This document shows positions 59,773-64,000 of a DNA stretch of 64,000 nucleotides, piece by piece. The notes under the pieces are model-generated. The model was not told the DNA's origin, made no database searches, and saw nothing but the letters and a program-made list of their open reading frames with translations. Origin of the DNA: Armatimonadota bacterium (lineage in GTDB: Bacteria > Armatimonadota > SYMT01); assembly GCA_041690135.1 (NCBI GenBank), contig JAWLHY010000001.1:480001-544000 (forward strand). The letters are read 5' to 3'. Numbering within the stretch: the stretch's first letter is position 1; each line of letters begins with the position of its first letter. A program made the translations under genes and the position numbers.

Positions 59773-60414
59773 TCACTCACGCTTGGCGACTTCGATCCTG
59801 ATAAACTCCGGAAGATACGACGGCGTACAGTTCTTGGCCACGTGCTCGTCCTTGTAGAGCCCCAGTGCTTCCCCCAGCTGGATGCACCGGGATCGGAATT
59901 CAGGCTCGTGAACCCCAATCTGGCCGGCGCAGAAGTTCATGGCCCATTGAACTTCGGGCTCGGCATGAGCCATATCGCTTTCCAGGGAATCCAGCAGGTC
60001 TGCACTGTTTCCGGGAGGTGCTTGTCCGACCCAGCGCAGGCGCGCCTGGTGATACCAGAACCAGCGCCGCAGAATGGGGGAAGGGTTCTCTTCCCACGTC
60101 GCGATCAGGGAGACCAGTTTCTTATCTTTGGTGAGCTGGTTTGCCAGCAGCCAGTCGGCCAGTTGGGTGCGCTCTTGCGGGTCATGCTGGAGCATATCCG
60201 CAGCCAGCCGATCGATGACGCTTTCTGCGAGGAGCTTCTTGTCGAAGATGAGGGTCGCCAGAAGGCGAGGGGTGTATTCCCCCGTGGACCAGAGCTCCAT
60301 TGCCAGATCGTGGTCTTTCTTGATCTCGGCGCCACGCTTTTTGAGGTCGCCCAGCTTCGGGTTGCCCTGGGTGATCTCGGCGACAAGCTCTTTTGCTCTT
60401 GCCGATAAAGGCAT
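59773..60414 (-). CDS. DNA alkylation repair protein (AlkD-like HEAT repeat)
   Basis: KLGDLKK..EIKKDHDLAMELWSTG, VQWAMN, GEALGLYKD..NCTPSY. Confidence 0.85.
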   Translation of the reverse strand: MPLSARAKELVAEITQGNPKLGDLKKRGAEIKKDHDLAMELWSTGEYTPRLLATLIFDKKLLAESVIDRLAADMLQHDPQERTQLADWLLANQLTKDKKLVSLIATWEENPSPILRRWFWYHQARLRWVGQAPPGNSADLLDSLESDMAHAEPEVQWAMNFCAGQIGVHEPEFRSRCIQLGEALGLYKDEHVAKNCTPSYLPEFIRIEVAKRE

Positions 60415-60438
60415 TTAGTCTCTCTCCCTCTACGAACT

Positions 60439-61119
60439 TCAGAGTACGAAGTCGCCCTCGTCCAGGTCGTAGGACTGTACCACCCTCGCCCCCTCCAGCA
60501 CCCCGGGGCCGCCGATCAACTCGGTCAACCCTCCGGCCGCCAGCACGCGATCTTTGTGCATCAGGACGCCCAGGCCGTGGTCCCGGTCCCACCCGGTCTG
60601 GAACTCGAACGAGCTGAACCCGCACTCGTCCAGACCACTGTCCGCCAGACCGATGCCCACGAGTTTGAACAGGTGGTCGACCGCCGCCAACTCCTCCATC
60701 GCCACCTGGCGCTCAACCACCTTCCAGTACTTCTGGTACTCCCTGACGTGCGGCAAGTCCTCATCGCGGAACTGCGCCAGCCGCTTCCTGTGCCAGGCGA
60801 ACAGCTTGCGGCGGAGAGCCGCCTCGATCGCGGCGGGGTGGGCGAGGATGAAGTCCCACGCGCGCTCCTGGAAGGCGCCAAACCCGGTTGGGCTGGCCGC
60901 GTACAGCGCGACCTCGATGTCGGAACTCGCGTCGCGGGCCGACGGGCAGCCCGGGTCGCCGCTCGGCCCGCGGGATTTACTGACCCTCAGCTTCGGATAC
61001 TCGGGGTACGGTGGGGCGACCGCCACCACCGCGTCTCGCAGCAGCGGCTTGGCCGTGCGCCAGAGCCGCCGACCGTCGAACTCAGGGTCGGGCTGGAAAG
61101 GGTCGAGAAACGTGTTCAT
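60439..61119 (-). CDS. Cassette ORF, DUF6985-like (immunity-like) protein
   Basis: C-terminal FEFQTGWDRDHGLGV motif. Confidence 0.65.
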   Translation of the reverse strand: MNTFLDPFQPDPEFDGRRLWRTAKPLLRDAVVAVAPPYPEYPKLRVSKSRGPSGDPGCPSARDASSDIEVALYAASPTGFGAFQERAWDFILAHPAAIEAALRRKLFAWHRKRLAQFRDEDLPHVREYQKYWKVVERQVAMEELAAVDHLFKLVGIGLADSGLDECGFSSFEFQTGWDRDHGLGVLMHKDRVLAAGGLTELIGGPGVLEGARVVQSYDLDEGDFVL

Positions 61120-61142
61120 AAAACCGCGGCCCTTCCTCTGCC

Positions 61143-61230
61143 GCCGAACGCCCAGCTCACCCGCCGCGTGACCAGCCTCAGTTCAGCGGTAACCGCCGTC
61201 CGTGCGGATCGGGCGCAGCGACTGTTAGGC
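61143..61230 (-). repeat. attC site (88 bp, long/hybrid type)
   Basis: gccgaacgcccagctcacccgcc...cgtccgtgcggatcgggcgcagcgactgttaggc. Confidence 0.85.
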
Positions 61231-61255
61231 CGACATCCCGCCACAACCAGCGGGC

Positions 61256-61537
61256 CTATGACGCCGCCGCGTCCACCCAGATTTCGGTGCCAATGGGCAC
61301 ATCGTCCTTGTTGAGCGAGCGAAAGCAGCAAGCCCACCTCCGCTCCTTAGGCGGCGGGATACTAAAGTCGTACTGGATCGACAATTGAGCCACCAGTGAA
61401 GTGCCGTCCGGCCTGTGCAGTTCCGCGGCCACCAGCGCCTCTCCAGGAAACTCATTCAAGAGTGGCCCGGGAACTACGACGAGGCCGCGGCCGGCTATAT
61501 GGAATCGATCCTCGACCGTGAGTAGCACTCGCTTCAT
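61256..61537 (-). CDS. Cassette ORF, small EF-Tu domain-II-like beta-barrel protein
   Basis: LTVEDRFHIAGRGLVV resembles EF-Tu D2 IEDVFSISGRGTVV; ends KDDVPIGTEIW. Confidence 0.65.
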   Translation of the reverse strand: MKRVLLTVEDRFHIAGRGLVVVPGPLLNEFPGEALVAAELHRPDGTSLVAQLSIQYDFSIPPPKERRWACCFRSLNKDDVPIGTEIWVDAAAS

Positions 61538-61557
61538 CGCTACCTGACCGAACTGCA

Positions 61558-61643
61558 GCCTAGCCGCAAGCTCACCCGCACCGCGACTCGCCCCTGCCCA
61601 ACGGTAGCCGCCGTCACGCCGTCGGGTGCGGTGACTGTTAGAT
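61558..61643 (-). repeat. attC site (86 bp, long type)
   Basis: gcctagccgcaagctcacccgc...gtcgggtgcggtgactgttagat. Confidence 0.8.
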
Positions 61644-61805
61644 CGCTATTCGGTTCCCAGCGCACCCACTTGCCACAGCTCTACCAACGACCGAAGAGGC
61701 AGGCCACGTAACCGGGTTCCAACCACCACCGTCCGGGTCTCTAACTTGAAAGCTACCCTGCGGGGCCCAATTCCTTCACGGCATCCAGTTTGTCTGGTAT
61801 CGAGG

Positions 61806-62135
61806 TTATTGACCTTCCGCATACGCGGCGATACAGCCACCGCACATCCACTCGCCGTCATCGTAAATGCCGGAACCACAGTCCGTAGTCTGGTGGCATC
61901 TCGAGCAGGTAGGACCGCTAACCCGCCGCGGTTCGTAAACCGGCTTGTGTGGAGGCTCCGGACGCAAGTCACGATAGGGGCCGCGCGTTTGTATACTTTG
62001 CCGGGGATCGGGCACAACGGCAAAGCTCCCGCAACGCGGACACCACCGCCCACCCCTGTGTTCAATGGTCTGCGTTCTCCGACACTTCGGGCAAGTTACG
62101 GATTCACCTGGTTGCTGCTGGTTGCTGAATTGCAT
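61806..62135 (-). CDS. Cassette ORF, double zinc-ribbon protein (start uncertain)
   Basis: CPKC, CPRC, CSRC, CGGC. Confidence 0.55.
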   Translation of the reverse strand: MQFSNQQQPGESVTCPKCRRTQTIEHRGGRWCPRCGSFAVVPDPRQSIQTRGPYRDLRPEPPHKPVYEPRRVSGPTCSRCHQTTDCGSGIYDDGEWMCGGCIAAYAEGQ

Positions 62136-62167
62136 TGGCGCATGGTCTCCTCAACGCTAAGGGTGCG

Positions 62168-62220
62168 GCCTAATGCCGAGCTCTCCCGTCTATTCGGATC
62201 GGGTGCAGCGACTATTAGGC
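62168..62220 (-). repeat. attC site (53 bp)
   Basis: gcctaatgccgagctctcccgtctattcggatcgggtgcagcgactattaggc. Confidence 0.85.
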
Positions 62221-62223
62221 CGC

Positions 62224-62658
62224 TTACTTGCTTTCGTGCGCGCCGCCGGACCAAATCTCTTGTTTCAACTCTTCCAGGGTTGTGATGGAAAGCAGCCCGC
62301 ACTCCTCTGACGGACCAGGTTGACCCTGGTTACAGGAGCGTAAGTGCTTCCACCAGGCTCGCAGCAGCAAAAGCGCCGCCCTCTCCACCGTAACTCCGGC
62401 GGCTGGGCACCAAGCTACGGGCACAGCGGCTTCCCAATGCCCCATGAAGCCCCAACTACCTCCACGATCATCCTGCTGCCAGAGAATCCACCGGTCTCTG
62501 TTCTTGGAAAGCAAATATTTCACAGGCCAACCTGGCCCATAGGTCCAGTATCCTTCCCCAACCAGCTTTGCGGTTCGCGGCAGCTGGCTCGGGCAGTCTT
62601 GCGTCAGCCACGCACCTGGCGGTTGATGGATGACTATGGTGGGGGTCCCAAGGCTCAT
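62224..62658 (-). CDS. Cassette ORF, Trp-rich hypothetical protein
   Basis: 144 aa; stop 3 bp from attC. Confidence 0.65.
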   Translation of the reverse strand: MSLGTPTIVIHQPPGAWLTQDCPSQLPRTAKLVGEGYWTYGPGWPVKYLLSKNRDRWILWQQDDRGGSWGFMGHWEAAVPVAWCPAAGVTVERAALLLLRAWWKHLRSCNQGQPGPSEECGLLSITTLEELKQEIWSGGAHESK

Positions 62659-62707
62659 CGTTGATCCGTCACTTCGTCTGTCGGAATCAATACCACCAAG
62701 CGTTGCG

Positions 62708-62761
62708 GCCTAACGCCAAGCTCACCCGACCGTACGGATCGGCTGCAGCGGTTGGTGAGGC
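62708..62761 (-). repeat. attC site (54 bp)
   Basis: gcctaacgccaagctcacccgaccgtacggatcggctgcagcggttggtgaggc. Confidence 0.82.
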
Positions 62762-62842
62762 CTCACGACACTGAAGTTCATTGCGATGAAGAAAATGGAA
62801 GGGGGAGAGTGTCATCGGTCGCAGGGGGTACGGCCCTGCCCG

Positions 62843-63184
62843 TCAACTCTCGGAGTCATACCCGAACTCGCGGAGTTCCTGCGAGCAGCGGCAAGCGTTG
62901 GCGATCTTCGCGGCCCATTGGCCGGCGGCTTCGCGCGACGGGAGTTCCAGGACACAGAAGCCGCCGTCGAACTCCTTCGTCTGGGGATACGTTTCGTTTG
63001 TGACCGTGCCGTCTGCGGCGACCATGAGGGGTGCGACCTCCGCGTTGATGCCACCACCGAACACGTACACGCCGGCAGTCTTCGCCTCGCGTATGACCGG
63101 GTGTGCCGCTTCGCCCACGGCGGCAAAGTCCTCGGCAGGGACGTCCATCGCCCTTCCCGGAAAGGAGATCAGGTACTTCGCCAT
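62843..63184 (-). CDS. Cassette ORF, YciI/DGPF-family protein
   Basis: MAKYLISFP, EAKTAGVYVFGGG, YPQTKEFDGGFCVL, EAAGQWAAKIA...QELREF. Confidence 0.85.
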   Translation of the reverse strand: MAKYLISFPGRAMDVPAEDFAAVGEAAHPVIREAKTAGVYVFGGGINAEVAPLMVAADGTVTNETYPQTKEFDGGFCVLELPSREAAGQWAAKIANACRCSQELREFGYDSES

Positions 63185-63222
63185 CCTTCGGTCCTTCGGT
63201 TGAGGTCGGTGCTGTTTGCGAG

Positions 63223-63275
63223 GCCCAACGTCAGGTTCACCTGTCCGTACGGATCCGGTGCCGCGACTGTTATGC
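63223..63275 (-). repeat. attC site (53 bp)
   Basis: gcccaacgtcaggttcacctgtccgtacggatccggtgccgcgactgttatgc. Confidence 0.85.
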
Positions 63276-63298
63276 CGCACTCCGCACTGGGAAAGAGC

Positions 63299-63790
63299 TC
63301 AGTCAGCACCCTGCGTTTCAGGGTCGGCACCGCTTTCAGTGAGCTGACCGGCTCTGCGATTCAGGGTCGGATTGAGGACGCCTTTCATCTCCTCTTCGAG
63401 TTTGCGCAGGTCCTCACGAGTGACAGCGACTTGAACGGCAGAAAAGCAAACATTCGCCCTCGCCCACGCCCGTGTAGCGTTGTTGAAGGCAAGGGTACGT
63501 TCCTTCCCTCGCGCCTCGGGGTCGATCGCGGGGATGGTCATTCCGCTTCCGTACTCATCCCAGACGTAGAGGCTGAATTGGTCGCCTCCGCGTCCTCCAC
63601 CGAAGTGCGTGCCTACTCTCCCGCCGAGCGATACGTATGCGATACCAACGTATAGACACTCGTCCTGAAGACCACGACACTCGCGCCACCAAGCTGCGTA
63701 GATCCCGGCACCGACCGGAATCTCGCGCAACTGGTCGTAGGAGTAGCGGCTTCCGTCGCGAAGTTCTCTCGCAATCTCATCTGCTGTCAT
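63299..63790 (-). CDS. Cassette ORF, GIY-YIG nuclease family protein
   Basis: GIYAAW...LYVGIA...LGGRVGTH...LEEEM...LNPTLN. Confidence 0.8.
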   Translation of the reverse strand: MTADEIARELRDGSRYSYDQLREIPVGAGIYAAWWRECRGLQDECLYVGIAYVSLGGRVGTHFGGGRGGDQFSLYVWDEYGSGMTIPAIDPEARGKERTLAFNNATRAWARANVCFSAVQVAVTREDLRKLEEEMKGVLNPTLNRRAGQLTESGADPETQGAD

Positions 63791-63829
63791 GCTGTCGCCC
63801 CGTTGTGGCCACTCGTGCGCTGCCGAGCG

Positions 63830-63926
63830 GCCTAACGCCAATCTCACCCGCCTCGACCCACACCACTGCTTCCGCTAACGGCCGTACGTGACGCTGGGGC
63901 GGCGTCGGGTGCAGCGACTGTCAGGC
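63830..63926 (-). repeat. attC site (97 bp, long type)
   Basis: gcctaacgccaatctcacccgcc...gtcgggtgcagcgactgtcaggc. Confidence 0.85.
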
Positions 63927-64000
63927 CGTCCGCAGCATCGCCAGTTGCTCGCGGCCGGTCATTGGTCGTCAGTGTCCATCGGATTAGCAGTAACCCCAGG

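Larger units (their letters stand above)
49471..64000 (-). mobile_element. Integron gene-cassette array (attC cluster; integrase/attI not in window)
   Basis: 14 complete or near-complete and several half attC-like palindromes separating mostly co-oriented short minus-strand ORFs; several stop codons overlap the R'' box. Confidence 0.88.

Noticed and set aside
50371-63926. attC repeats as a CRISPR array or as terminators
   Set aside because: Spacers are gene-sized and variable, repeats are degenerate 53-97 bp, no cas genes are present, there are no U-tracts, and the bulges match attC

Overview
High-GC bacterial chromosome segment. The Firmicute-like cinA-thpR-recA-recX-rny order together with Planctomycete-type DUF1501/DUF1592/DUF1080 genes suggests Armatimonadota or a similar lineage (inference only). 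1-49 kb is mostly housekeeping/metabolic: a partial RavA/MoxR ATPase, an FHA-Ser/Thr kinase-vWA-TPR operon, cydAB, cinA-thpR-recA-recX-rny, sugar-acid catabolism genes, uvsE, a leucine-degradation (MCC/HMG-CoA lyase) cluster, a PARIS-like ABC-ATPase+TOPRIM pair, an AfsR-like regulator and iorAB. The main discovery is at about 49.4-64 kb. There, mostly short, unrelated minus-strand ORFs are separated by at least 14 complete or near-complete copies (plus several half copies) of a palindromic repeat with the architecture of integron attC sites. Most copies are unusually short (53-54 bp) and have a 4-nt R''-L'' spacer. No integrase is in the window and the array runs off the right end. A ~265-nt intergenic stretch at 26.4-26.7 kb folds by eye into nested helices and is a candidate ncRNA. 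All coordinates and alignments were read by hand; no database searches were run.
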